Below, piece by piece: positions 28,563-37,551 of a stretch of DNA of 44,671 bases; positions within the stretch are counted from its first letter, which is position 1, and every line of letters begins with the position of its first letter. A program made the translations under genes and the position numbers. This DNA is from Eubacteriales bacterium (GTDB taxonomy: Bacteria > Bacillota > Clostridia > Oscillospirales > CAG-382). The notes under the pieces are model-generated. The model did not search any database. It had not been told where the DNA came from and saw only the letters and a program-made list of their open reading frames with translations. The stretch covers positions 1 through 44,671 of the forward strand of contig JAZOCR010000150.1 in NCBI GenBank assembly GCA_045596605.1, written 5' to 3'.

Positions 28563-29858
28563 ATGCTACACACAAATCTTGGTATCGGCGAAAACGGACA
28601 TCTGTATTTTGCCGGAATGGACACGGTGGAGCTTGCGAAAAAGCATGCCACTCCTCTGATGCTTCTTGACGAGAACAGAATACGTGAAAGATGCAGACTT
28701 TACATCAATGCTATGAAAAAGCATATGGGCGAAAGCGCAAGACCGCTTCTTGCAAGCAAGGCACTCTGCTTTAAGGGGATTTATAAAATTGCCGCAGAGG
28801 AAGGTATGTGCACGGATATAGTGTCGCCCGGTGAGCTTTACATTGCAAAATCGGCAGGCTTCCCTCTTGAAAACGCATATTTTCACGGCAATAACAAAAC
28901 CGATGCGGATATTGAGTTTGCCATAGACTGCGGTATCGGTTACTTTATAGTTGACAACAAAGAGGAATTTTCTAAAATATCCGAATATAGCGCAAAGAAA
29001 GGCATAGTACAGAAGATACTTCTCCGTCTTTCTCCCGGTATCGACCCCCATACCCACGCAAAGATAAGCACCGGAAGCGTTGATTCGAAGTTCGGTACTG
29101 CCATTGAAACGGGACAGGCAGAGCAGTTTGTATCTGAGGTTTTAAAGGATAAAAACGTAGAGCTTTGCGGCTTCCACTGCCACGTGGGCTCACAGATATT
29201 TGAATCCGAGCCCTTCTGCGATGCGGCGGATATTATGATGAAATTCATCGCCGATATGAAGGAAAAGCACGACTATACTGCAAAGGTACTGAACCTTGGC
29301 GGCGGCTTTGGTGTGCGTTATACCGAGGACGACCCGGAAATTGACTATGAAGAAAAAATAGCAGAGGTAGCCAGCCATCTGAAAAGCTCCTGCAAGGCTC
29401 TCGGACTTGAAATGCCGCAGATACTTATGGAGCCGGGCAGAAGTATGGTTGCAGACGCAGGAATTACTCTTTACAGCGTGGGAAGCGCAAAGACAATTAC
29501 CGGCTACAAGAGCTATATTTCCATTGACGGCGGTATGACGGACAACCCGAGATACGCCCTTTACGGTTCAAGGTACACGGTGTGTATTGCAAACAAGGCG
29601 GCACAGCCGAAAGACCACATTGCAACAATTGCAGGCAGATGCTGTGAAAGCGGCGACCTTATCGGTGAGGAGATGCCGGTGCAGGAAGCTGTGCGTGGCG
29701 ACATTCTTGCGGTACTTGTAACGGGAGCGTACAACTATTCAATGGCATCCAATTACAACAAAATTCCAAGACCGCCGATAGTTATGATAAAGGACGGCAA
29801 GGACAGCCTTGCGGTACGCAGGGAAACCTACGCTGACCTTGTGGCGCTTGATGTGTAA
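28563..29858 (+). CDS. lysA: Diaminopimelate decarboxylase
   Basis: ASKA (PLP lysine), FHGNNK, SKFG, HCHVGSQ, NLGGGFG, EPGRS, CCESGD and GAYNYSMASNYN. Confidence 0.96.
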   Translation: MLHTNLGIGENGHLYFAGMDTVELAKKHATPLMLLDENRIRERCRLYINAMKKHMGESARPLLASKALCFKGIYKIAAEEGMCTDIVSPGELYIAKSAGFPLENAYFHGNNKTDADIEFAIDCGIGYFIVDNKEEFSKISEYSAKKGIVQKILLRLSPGIDPHTHAKISTGSVDSKFGTAIETGQAEQFVSEVLKDKNVELCGFHCHVGSQIFESEPFCDAADIMMKFIADMKEKHDYTAKVLNLGGGFGVRYTEDDPEIDYEEKIAEVASHLKSSCKALGLEMPQILMEPGRSMVADAGITLYSVGSAKTITGYKSYISIDGGMTDNPRYALYGSRYTVCIANKAAQPKDHIATIAGRCCESGDLIGEEMPVQEAVRGDILAVLVTGAYNYSMASNYNKIPRPPIVMIKDGKDSLAVRRETYADLVALDV

Positions 29859-29902
29859 ATAAAGGAAAGACTTTCTTTCAGAAACAGAATATTTCAGATG
29901 CT

Positions 29903-29935
29903 TTGGGGTGACAGAAATGTCGCCCCGATTTTTTT
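29903..29935 (+). terminator. Intrinsic terminator after lysA
   Basis: TTGGGGTGACA-GAAA-TGTCGCCCCGA followed by T7. Confidence 0.8.
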
Positions 29936-29943
29936 AACGAAAG

Positions 29944-30630
29944 CCGACACAGCCGGCAAGCCGGCAGGTCGGGGGGATGTTACTTTTCTTTACAAAAAGA
30001 AAAGTAACCAAAAGAAGTTGCTAAGAGGTAAACCTCTTAGAACTCCCTTTTGCCCCGCTACAAGTTTAGTATAAATTTCGACTTTAGCACACGAAAAAAC
30101 ATTCGTAACCTTGGTGTTTAACCATACTATCAAGTATTAACTACAAAGTTAATACTACACAAAGATTACATAGTTGCTCATATTGTAGGGTGCGACGTCC
30201 TCGGCGCACCGGATAAGTTTTATCTTTGTTGCAACAGACAGAAAGAATTTTCGATAGAAAATTCTTTGAACATAAGAAAAATTCTTTTGCGTAAGAAAAA
30301 TGCTCCGCATTCTTCGTCGCCTTTTTCGTTGTCCCTCGGCGCACCGAAAAAAGCAATATTGTAATCAGTGTAAAGATTTAAAGTTGAACATAGTACTTTA
30401 TAGTATGGTTTAGTTTAAATTTACGAGAGTTTCTTGCGACAACAAAAGTTGCACACCAACTAAAGTTGTTACGTGCCAAAAGGGAGTTTTTAGAGGACTT
30501 GTCCTCTAAACAACTTCTTTTTGGTTACTTTTTCTTTTTGTAAAGAAAAAGTAACATACATCCCCCAACCTGCCGACGAAGTGGTTGATATAGGAAGAAT
30601 TTGCTTTGCAAATTCTTCAAACATAAGAAA
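29944..30630. repeat. Long imperfect palindromic modular element, copy III, with a central insertion
   Basis: The left arm matches 16508-16705 and the right arm matches 16741-16965. About 170 bp of extra sequence sits at the apex (30185-30355). Confidence 0.88.
30185..30211 (+). repeat. GTAG-type REP-like palindrome
   Basis: GTAG foot followed by GGTGCG-ACGTCCTCGG-CGCACC; partial direct copy at 30331-30346. Confidence 0.7.
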
Positions 30631-30730
30631 GATATTCTCCGGGGATATGGCGAAATTTCACAAATGCCGCAAGAAAAATTGACATATTTTTTGTATTATA
30701 ATAAAAATTGAAAAAATTTGCCAAAAATTC

Positions 30731-30759
30731 TTGACAAAAGGGCAAAGTTATGCTAAACT
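30731..30759 (+). promoter_or_regulatory. Sigma-A promoter of feoAB
   Basis: TTGACA-17 bp-TAAACT with TG extension. Confidence 0.7.
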
Positions 30760-30769
30760 AACTTCACCA

Positions 30770-30787
30770 AGTTAGTCAAGACTAACT
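30770..30787. promoter_or_regulatory. Putative metal-dependent repressor operator GTTAG-N6-CTAAC
   Basis: AGTTAGTCAAGACTAACT just downstream of the -10; second copy at 31062-31079 before feoB. Confidence 0.6.
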
Positions 30788-30828
30788 CACGTCAACATCA
30801 TTTGTTTTTGCAAAGAAAGGAACCCCCT

Positions 30829-31047
30829 ATGACGCTTAAAGACGCAAAGGTAGGACAGACGGTTAAGGTAGTAAAGCTGAACGGCGAAGGCGCAGTAAAA
30901 CGTCGCATTATGGATATGGGTATAACCAAGGGAACAAGCATTTACGTTCGCAAGGTTGCACCTCTCGGCGACCCCTTTGAGCTGACAGTTCGTGGCTACG
31001 AGCTTTCAATAAGAAAGGCTGATGCCGAAATTATCGTAGTGGAATAA
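30829..31047 (+). CDS. feoA: Ferrous iron transport protein A
   Basis: RRIMDMGITKG...APLGDP..L.VRGYELSIRK; ATG 30829 after AAGGAA. Confidence 0.95.
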   Translation: MTLKDAKVGQTVKVVKLNGEGAVKRRIMDMGITKGTSIYVRKVAPLGDPFELTVRGYELSIRKADAEIIVVE

Positions 31048-31061
31048 TTTTTATCCCCTAT

Positions 31062-31079
31062 GGTTAGACCAGACTAACC
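31062..31079. promoter_or_regulatory. Second GTTAG-N6-CTAAC palindrome (feoA-feoB spacer)
   Basis: GGTTAGACCAGACTAACC. Confidence 0.55.
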
Positions 31080-31134
31080 GCAAAAATCGAGGTGCAACCA
31101 AACTTGCGCCATTCAAAGAAAGGAAGCTTTACAT

Positions 31135-33375
31135 ATGTCATTAAGAATTGCGCTGGCAGGAAACCCCAACTCCGGCAAGACAACGCTGTTTAACGCCCTG
31201 ACCGGCTCAAATCAGTACGTAGGCAACTGGCCCGGTGTTACCGTTGAAAAGAAAGAGGGTAAAATGAAAGGCGAAAAGGACGTAACCTTTACCGACCTTC
31301 CGGGTATTTACTCCCTCTCACCCTACACTCTCGAAGAAGTGGTTGCAAGAAATTATCTTATAGACGAATGCCCCGACGCAATACTCAACATCGTTGACGG
31401 CACAAATCTTGAAAGAAACCTCTATCTTACCACACAGCTTATGGAAATAGGCGTGCCGGTGGTTATTGCCATCAATATGATGGACGTGGTGAGAAAAAAC
31501 GGCGACAGGATTGATATTCCGAAGCTCTCAGCGGCACTTGGCTGTCAAATAGTTGAAATCTCCGCCCTGAAGGGCGACGGTATAACCGAGGCGGCACAGG
31601 CGGCAATTTCCGCAGCAAAGACCGGAAAGCCCGCATCACCGGTTATTTTCTCCGGCACGGTTGAGCACGCTATCGCTCACATCGAGGAAGCGGCAGTGCA
31701 CGACATGGCAGAGTATCAGCAGAGATGGTACGCCATAAAGATTTTCGAGCGTGACGAAAAGGCACTTAAAAAGCTCGGTCTGCCTCAGGAAAAGCTCGAC
31801 CACATCGAAAAGGATATTAAACACGTAGAGGAAAAGCTCGACGACGACGCAGAAAGCATCATTATCAGCGAAAGATACGATTACGTAACGAAAATATGCA
31901 CTGACTGCTACAAGAAAAAGAACGCAGGCAAGCTTTCCGTATCCGATAAAATCGACAGAATTGCAACAAACAGAATTCTTGCACTTCCGATATTCGTAGT
32001 AATTATGTGGCTGGTATACACAATTTCTATCGGTACCATCGGTGACTGGACGGTTGCTTTTATGAACGACGGTCTTTTCGGAAGCTTCAGAGAGCTCGCC
32101 GAAGCAGGCGACCTTCCCTCCTTTATGCAGAGCTGGGTAAGCGTTCCCGAGCTTCTTGACAAGGTTCTTCTTTCTGCTGACGGCACTCCTGTTATATCTA
32201 CTTGGCTTTACAGTCTTATTATGGACGGAATAGTTGGCGGCGTCGGTGCGGTGCTTGGCTTTGTTCCGCAGATGATTATTCTGTTTTTGCTTCTTTCTAT
32301 TCTTGAGGACTGCGGTTATATGTCAAGAATTGCCTTTATCATGGACAAGCTTTTCAGAAAGTTCGGTCTTTCCGGCAAGTCCTTTATTCCGCTTCTCGTT
32401 GCCTCCGGTTGCGGCGTTCCCGGAGTTATGGCAAGCCGTACCATTGAACAGGACAGAGACAGAAAAATGACGGTTATGACCACCTGCTTTATCCCCTGCG
32501 GAGCTAAAATGCCGATAGTAGGTCTTATTGCCGGTGCACTTTTCGGTGGCAGTGCGTATATAGCTACGGCGGCGTATTTTATCGGCGTCGGTGCGGTAAT
32601 CGTATCCGGTATTATTCTTAAGAAAACCAAGGCCTTTGCAGGAAACCCTGCTCCCTTCGTTATGGAGCTTCCCGCATATCATATGCCGGTTGCATCAAAC
32701 GTACTTCGTACCACCTGGGACAGAGGCTGGGGCTTTATCAAGCGTGCGGGCACAGTTATTTTTGCGGCAAGCATTATCATCTGGGTGCTCAACAGTCTTT
32801 CCTTTGAAGGCGGCTTCCATTATATAACAGAGGAAAATGGCGGTGCATCAATACTTGAAATAATCGGAAACGCAATAAGATACTTATTCATTCCCCTTGG
32901 CTTCGGCTCAGGCTGGGAGCCTGCGGTTGCTACAATTCTGGGACTTGTGGCAAAGGAAGAGGTTGTCGGCGTATTCGGTACTCTTTGCGAAATGATACCC
33001 GAGGGCGCAGACGTATTTGCAGAGCTTGAAAGCGGAGTTTCGGAAAGTGCCGTTCTTATCGGCAAGGCGTTCTTTGGCTCCTCAAAGCTTTCTGCCTTCT
33101 CCTTCCTTATCTTCAATCTTCTGTGCGCTCCCTGCTTTGCGGCTATGGGTGCAATAAAGCGTGAGATGAACAACGCAAAGTGGACTGCTGCGGCAATCGG
33201 TTATATGTGCGTGTTTGCATATGCAATCTCCCTTATAGTTTACAACATCGGTATGCTCTTTAGCGGCGTATTCAGCATCTGGACGGTATTTGCCTTTGCA
33301 GTGCTCGCACTTCTTGTTTATCTTCTTGTCCGTCCCAATAAATATAACGGCAATACTCTTACAATACGTAAATAA
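31135..33375 (+). CDS. feoB: Ferrous iron transport protein B
   Basis: GNPNSGKT, GNWPGVTVE, DLPGIYSL and NMMD G-domain motifs; EDCGYMSR, FVMELP and CAPC membrane-domain motifs. Confidence 0.97.
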   Translation: MSLRIALAGNPNSGKTTLFNALTGSNQYVGNWPGVTVEKKEGKMKGEKDVTFTDLPGIYSLSPYTLEEVVARNYLIDECPDAILNIVDGTNLERNLYLTTQLMEIGVPVVIAINMMDVVRKNGDRIDIPKLSAALGCQIVEISALKGDGITEAAQAAISAAKTGKPASPVIFSGTVEHAIAHIEEAAVHDMAEYQQRWYAIKIFERDEKALKKLGLPQEKLDHIEKDIKHVEEKLDDDAESIIISERYDYVTKICTDCYKKKNAGKLSVSDKIDRIATNRILALPIFVVIMWLVYTISIGTIGDWTVAFMNDGLFGSFRELAEAGDLPSFMQSWVSVPELLDKVLLSADGTPVISTWLYSLIMDGIVGGVGAVLGFVPQMIILFLLLSILEDCGYMSRIAFIMDKLFRKFGLSGKSFIPLLVASGCGVPGVMASRTIEQDRDRKMTVMTTCFIPCGAKMPIVGLIAGALFGGSAYIATAAYFIGVGAVIVSGIILKKTKAFAGNPAPFVMELPAYHMPVASNVLRTTWDRGWGFIKRAGTVIFAASIIIWVLNSLSFEGGFHYITEENGGASILEIIGNAIRYLFIPLGFGSGWEPAVATILGLVAKEEVVGVFGTLCEMIPEGADVFAELESGVSESAVLIGKAFFGSSKLSAFSFLIFNLLCAPCFAAMGAIKREMNNAKWTAAAIGYMCVFAYAISLIVYNIGMLFSGVFSIWTVFAFAVLALLVYLLVRPNKYNGNTLTIRK

Positions 33376-33467
33376 AACAAATTTTTTCTTCCAAAAGAGA
33401 AGCGGCGGCAAGGCGGTATGCCTTCCGTCTGCTTCCCTCCCTAATTATTTTCCCGGAGGAACGTAAA

Positions 33468-33629
33468 ATGAATACACCTACAATAATAGTTCTGGTGATA
33501 GTTGCGGCGATTTTCGTTGCAATAATAGTAAACGAGGTAATAAAACGCAAAAAAGGCAAGGGTGGCTGCAGCTGCGGCTGCGGCGGCTGTGCAATGAAGG
33601 ATACTTGCCATAAGCCCGAGGAAAAATAA
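33468..33629 (+). CDS. FeoB-associated Cys-rich small membrane protein (53 aa, not in the ORF track)
   Basis: MNTPTIIVLVIVAAIFVAIIVNEVIKRKKGKGGCSCGCGGCAMKDTCHKPEEK; GGAGG RBS; directly after feoB. Confidence 0.88.
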   Translation: MNTPTIIVLVIVAAIFVAIIVNEVIKRKKGKGGCSCGCGGCAMKDTCHKPEEK

Positions 33630-33840
33630 AGGTGCAGCAATATACTTATAAAAAGCTTACAAATACGCTTCCGAAGAATTTTTCGGAAGCCTTTGCGTTT
33701 ATAGGCAAGGTTTGTCAGCTTTTTGTCACTTAACTCCCGAAGGAATTTTACAAACACGGATTTTGCATTGTGCAAAACCTACAATTTCAGAGCGTGATTT
33801 TTGTGCAAACGACAAAAATTAAAAATCACGCAAAAAGCGA

Positions 33841-33869
33841 TTGATTTTATAATAAAATAGTGGTATAAT
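33841..33869 (+). promoter_or_regulatory. Sigma-A promoter of the oppA-like gene
   Basis: TTGATT-17 bp-TATAAT with TG extension. Confidence 0.65.
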
Positions 33870-33937
33870 TTATAATAGTTTACTGTGGGTGAAGGTCGCC
33901 CATAGTGCTTTTTGGAACATTTCAGGAGGAACACGCA

Positions 33938-35644
33938 ATGAAAATCAAAAGACTATTATCGTTAGTTCTCGCTGCGCTTATGCTGACTACAATGCTTGCA
34001 GCCTGCAGCGGTGACGAAGAAGACAACGGAGCAATTATTGAAATGTATTACGGAAGTACGAGACCCGTGGATCTCGACCCTACTACAATTGCAGTAAATT
34101 CCGATAAATACCAGGTAACCTCCCTTATCTTTGAGGGACTTACGGCTATTGACGCAAACGGAAAGGTAACCGGTGCGGGAGCTACCGAATGGGAATACGG
34201 AATTGATGAACGTGACCAGGCACTCAAGCTCACTCTTAAGCTTAAGAACACCAACTGGTCAGACAGCATCCCCGTATTCGCTGACGACTACGTATTTGCA
34301 TGGAAAAGACTTCTTTCTCCGTCAAATACCAATCCTGCAGCAGCGCTTCTTTATCCTATAAAGAACGCAAGAAAGGTTAAGTCCGGTGACGGAGCTACCG
34401 TTGCGGACATCGGCGCATACGCAATAAATGAAACGACACTTGAAATCACCTTCGAGGAAGGCTTTACAGACGTTGAATACTTCCTTGAATGTCTTGCAAG
34501 CCCGGCACTCGTGCCGCTTCGTGAGGACAAGGTTAAGTCCGATGAATGGGCAACCTCAACAGAGCTTCTTATAACAAACGGTCCCTTTACCGTAAGATCC
34601 ATTACAAGCAATCAGATTATCCTTGACCGCTCAACACAGTATAACGCACTTACCGTAAAGCAGGCAAAGGACAAATTCGTAAAGCCCGCAAGACTCGTTC
34701 TTCACTTTGCAAACGAAAAGGAAGCCATTGAGCTGTTCGGCAGTGAAAACCTTGCTGAAAAGTACTTCTATCTCACAGACCTTTCAAAGGATGCTTATAC
34801 ACAGTTTGCTTCTGAGGTAAAGACAAACAGCGACCTTACGACTTACACATATTTCTTCAATACAAATAACGAGCTTCTTTCCGACGCCGCTACAAGAAAG
34901 GCACTTTCAGGTGCTCTTGACAGAGCGGAAATCGCTTCTATCAGAGGCTGTGCAGCAGAAGCTGCTACGGGTATTGTTCCTGCAGGCGTACGTGAAGCAG
35001 GCACAAAGAACGACTTCAGAGCTATCGGCGGCGACCTCCTTGCTTCTGCATATGAGGGTGCAAAGGCAGCTAAGACCGGCACTATAAAGCTTACCTACAA
35101 CAAGGACAGAGAATACGAAAAGGAAATCGCAGAATACGCAAAGACACAGTGGAAGAAGCTCGGCTTCACAGTTGAGCTTAACGGCGTTTCCACAGGTGAA
35201 ATAGACGACGTTATAAAGAGCGGAGAGTTTGACGTAATTGCCGCTGACCTGGTTTCACTTACAGGCGACGCTTACAGCATTCTCGTTCCTTTTGCAAAGG
35301 AATTTTCCGGCTCCGCAGTTGACGTAACAACCGACGTATTCTTCAACGCTCATTTCACAGGCTTTGAAAACCAGCAGTACGACGAAATCATTGAAAAGCT
35401 TTTCACAGCTGACAAGGCTTCAAGAGCAACTCTTATGCACGATGCTGAAAAGCTTCTTGTAGAAGAAGCTCCCATAGCTCCGCTGTTCTTTGAAAAGTCT
35501 GTTTACGTAAACGACAGTGCTCTTTCAAAGTTCACAGTTGACTTCAAAGGTGTAAAGAACTTCCGTACAGCAAAGCTTGCAAACCACAAAGAGGTAAATC
35601 AGGCTAAGACAGAAGCTGAGGAAGCAGCAAACGAAAAGAAATAA
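33938..35644 (+). CDS. oppA: Peptide ABC transporter substrate-binding lipoprotein (family 5, OppA-like)
   Basis: Signal peptide with LAAC lipobox; LDP, IFEGL, WSD..PV.ADDYVFAWKR, NGPF, RKALS.ALDR and EEAPIAPL. Confidence 0.88.
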   Translation: MKIKRLLSLVLAALMLTTMLAACSGDEEDNGAIIEMYYGSTRPVDLDPTTIAVNSDKYQVTSLIFEGLTAIDANGKVTGAGATEWEYGIDERDQALKLTLKLKNTNWSDSIPVFADDYVFAWKRLLSPSNTNPAAALLYPIKNARKVKSGDGATVADIGAYAINETTLEITFEEGFTDVEYFLECLASPALVPLREDKVKSDEWATSTELLITNGPFTVRSITSNQIILDRSTQYNALTVKQAKDKFVKPARLVLHFANEKEAIELFGSENLAEKYFYLTDLSKDAYTQFASEVKTNSDLTTYTYFFNTNNELLSDAATRKALSGALDRAEIASIRGCAAEAATGIVPAGVREAGTKNDFRAIGGDLLASAYEGAKAAKTGTIKLTYNKDREYEKEIAEYAKTQWKKLGFTVELNGVSTGEIDDVIKSGEFDVIAADLVSLTGDAYSILVPFAKEFSGSAVDVTTDVFFNAHFTGFENQQYDEIIEKLFTADKASRATLMHDAEKLLVEEAPIAPLFFEKSVYVNDSALSKFTVDFKGVKNFRTAKLANHKEVNQAKTEAEEAANEKK

Positions 35645-35671
35645 TCAGCTCATACCAAATATGACGAAAGT

Positions 35672-35708
35672 AGCTCCCGAAGCATCTGCCTCGGGAGCTT
35701 TTGTTTTG
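35672..35708 (+). terminator. Intrinsic terminator after oppA
   Basis: AGCTCCCGA-loop-TCGGGAGCT followed by a T-rich tail. Confidence 0.8.
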
Positions 35709-35721
35709 ACAAAAAGCTTCA

Positions 35722-37242
35722 TTACCCATTGAATATCCGCCTTGCATATCTTACCGCATCACGAAGCCTTGTGTTGTCGAAAAAGAGAATTGTGAAAACA
35801 GATATAAAAGCCGCACCGCACAGGGCTATGCATAAAAGGATTTCCGTTATATCGTCTGCGCTTACAAGATTACACAGCACTCCCGAAAGAAACACCGAAA
35901 AAATCAGTGCCGTAAGATACCGCAAAAGCTCCCGCAAAAAGGCAGAAAAGTCAGAACTGAACCCGTATTTATAAAGAATGTAGGTTTCATACCAGAAGGA
36001 GAATACCACTGCACCGAATATCTGACCTGCAAGCACCCCCGTAATTCCGAGTCTTGGCGCAAGAATAAGCGTTACCACGACGCCTATTGCCGCCTCGATT
36101 ATCGCCTTGTATTTTTCCTTTTCAAAAAGGCCGCACCCGTCAAGAAATACACCTGCAGTCCGTCTTAGCGATGCTATAAACATACTTACACAAAAAAGGG
36201 CGGTTTCGGTATATCCAAGCACCATGCTTTTTCCCATCCACAGCCTCATAATGGCAGGGTATGTAAAGAAAAGCGCAGTGGCAAGAAAGCCTGCACAAAA
36301 AAGAAGCGCAAAAAACGAAGTGGAAAATATTCTCTCCATTCTTTTTTTGTCTGCAACCACGCCGAGATTTCCAACGCTTGCACCTATAGACGACGTTGTT
36401 ATTGCGATAAAGGCAAGACAGGTGCCTGAAAGCATGGTGTAATTGGAGTATACTGCCCCCTGTGAGAGCCCAAGAAAGGTGAATACCGCCATATTGTCCA
36501 CAGAGCCCTGAACTATTGCGCCTACCTTGCTGAAAAATAGGGCACGGACCTGACCGTGTATTACCTGCTTTTCGCTTTTTGGAATGGGATAAGGAGTGCT
36601 ATCTACGTAGGGGTACATTTTGCGCACCTTTCTTGAGAGTGTAATTTCTTCAATAATCCCAACTGCGATACCTGAAAGCAGATAGGACATAAAGCTACCG
36701 AAGCGCACAAGAGCAAAAAGCCGTGCCGCCTGGCTTATTATAAAAAACACGTAACCGTACGTGGTAATAACGTAGGCCTTCTGGTCTGCAAAGGGCAGAA
36801 TTTTCCTGTGGTTAAACAAATATGCCACCGACATCTCTGTCACTGACAAAAGCCATATTGCCGAAACGCTTTTTACGTCCGTGCCCGAATCCGAAAGTCG
36901 CAGTGCAAGCGGCATAAGCAGAAGCCCTGCCATAAACGTAACTATGGCAACAATACGGTATATTTTTTTCAGATAGCCACAAATCTGAGCAGTAAGTATT
37001 TTGTCACCAAAGGCAAGAGGGCGATACAGTGCAAAAATACACGCCGCATCAAAGCCCGGCTCGAGTAGCGACAGGATATTAAGAAGATGTCCGCAAAGAC
37101 CGGACAGCCCCATATACTCACTGCCAAGCATACGGATAAAAATACGCCTGCAAATGAGGTTTACCGTCACTATAAGAATCTGTCCAACAAACGCCGTCCG
37201 GAGATTTTTCCCCGAAGCCGCAACTCTTTCACCGCCCGGCAA
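35722..37242 (-). CDS. Stand-alone Wzx/MATE-like polysaccharide or teichoic-acid flippase
   Basis: RRIFI..LGSEY.GL, ALYRPL, ADQK.Y, DN......G.....VYSNY and SVGNL; many TM segments. Start codon uncertain. Confidence 0.75.
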   Translation of the reverse strand: MPGGERVAASGKNLRTAFVGQILIVTVNLICRRIFIRMLGSEYMGLSGLCGHLLNILSLLEPGFDAACIFALYRPLAFGDKILTAQICGYLKKIYRIVAIVTFMAGLLLMPLALRLSDSGTDVKSVSAIWLLSVTEMSVAYLFNHRKILPFADQKAYVITTYGYVFFIISQAARLFALVRFGSFMSYLLSGIAVGIIEEITLSRKVRKMYPYVDSTPYPIPKSEKQVIHGQVRALFFSKVGAIVQGSVDNMAVFTFLGLSQGAVYSNYTMLSGTCLAFIAITTSSIGASVGNLGVVADKKRMERIFSTSFFALLFCAGFLATALFFTYPAIMRLWMGKSMVLGYTETALFCVSMFIASLRRTAGVFLDGCGLFEKEKYKAIIEAAIGVVVTLILAPRLGITGVLAGQIFGAVVFSFWYETYILYKYGFSSDFSAFLRELLRYLTALIFSVFLSGVLCNLVSADDITEILLCIALCGAAFISVFTILFFDNTRLRDAVRYARRIFNG

Positions 37243-37385
37243 TGCGCATACCCCTCTTTCGGAAATTTCTACCTTATATTACTATGCGCATAGATATGTG
37301 TTAATTCGTATTGTTTTTTTGCTGTTTTTTATGTTTGTTACAAAACACCCACCCAATGCGCATATATATATGTATAAAAAAATAA

Positions 37386-37422
37386 TTGACAAGAGGCGAA
37401 AAGTGTGTTAAAATTATAACAA
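37386..37422 (+). promoter_or_regulatory. adhE sigma-A promoter with an overlapping Rex-like operator
   Basis: TTGACA-17 bp-TAAAAT. GTGTTAAAATTATAACAA (37405-37422) has 2 mismatches to the clostridial Rex box TTGTTAANNNNTTAACAA. Confidence 0.7.
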
Positions 37423-37551
37423 GCATTATGGTAGTATACAATAAGGGAGTTCTACCTACCGTATAAAGCTAAAAAACAGCAAACACAAAAAGGAGCTATG
37501 CAAATAGGTCTGCATAGTACATACGTAAAGTCTTACAGGAGGACCATCACA

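Noticed and set aside
16396-30630. Autonomous IS or transposon
   Set aside because: No transposase, integrase or RAYT ORF is present in the window and no clear target-site duplications were seen.
33359-33775. 138-aa minus-strand ORF
   Set aside because: It is the antisense shadow of the real 53-aa Cys-rich FeoB-associated gene.
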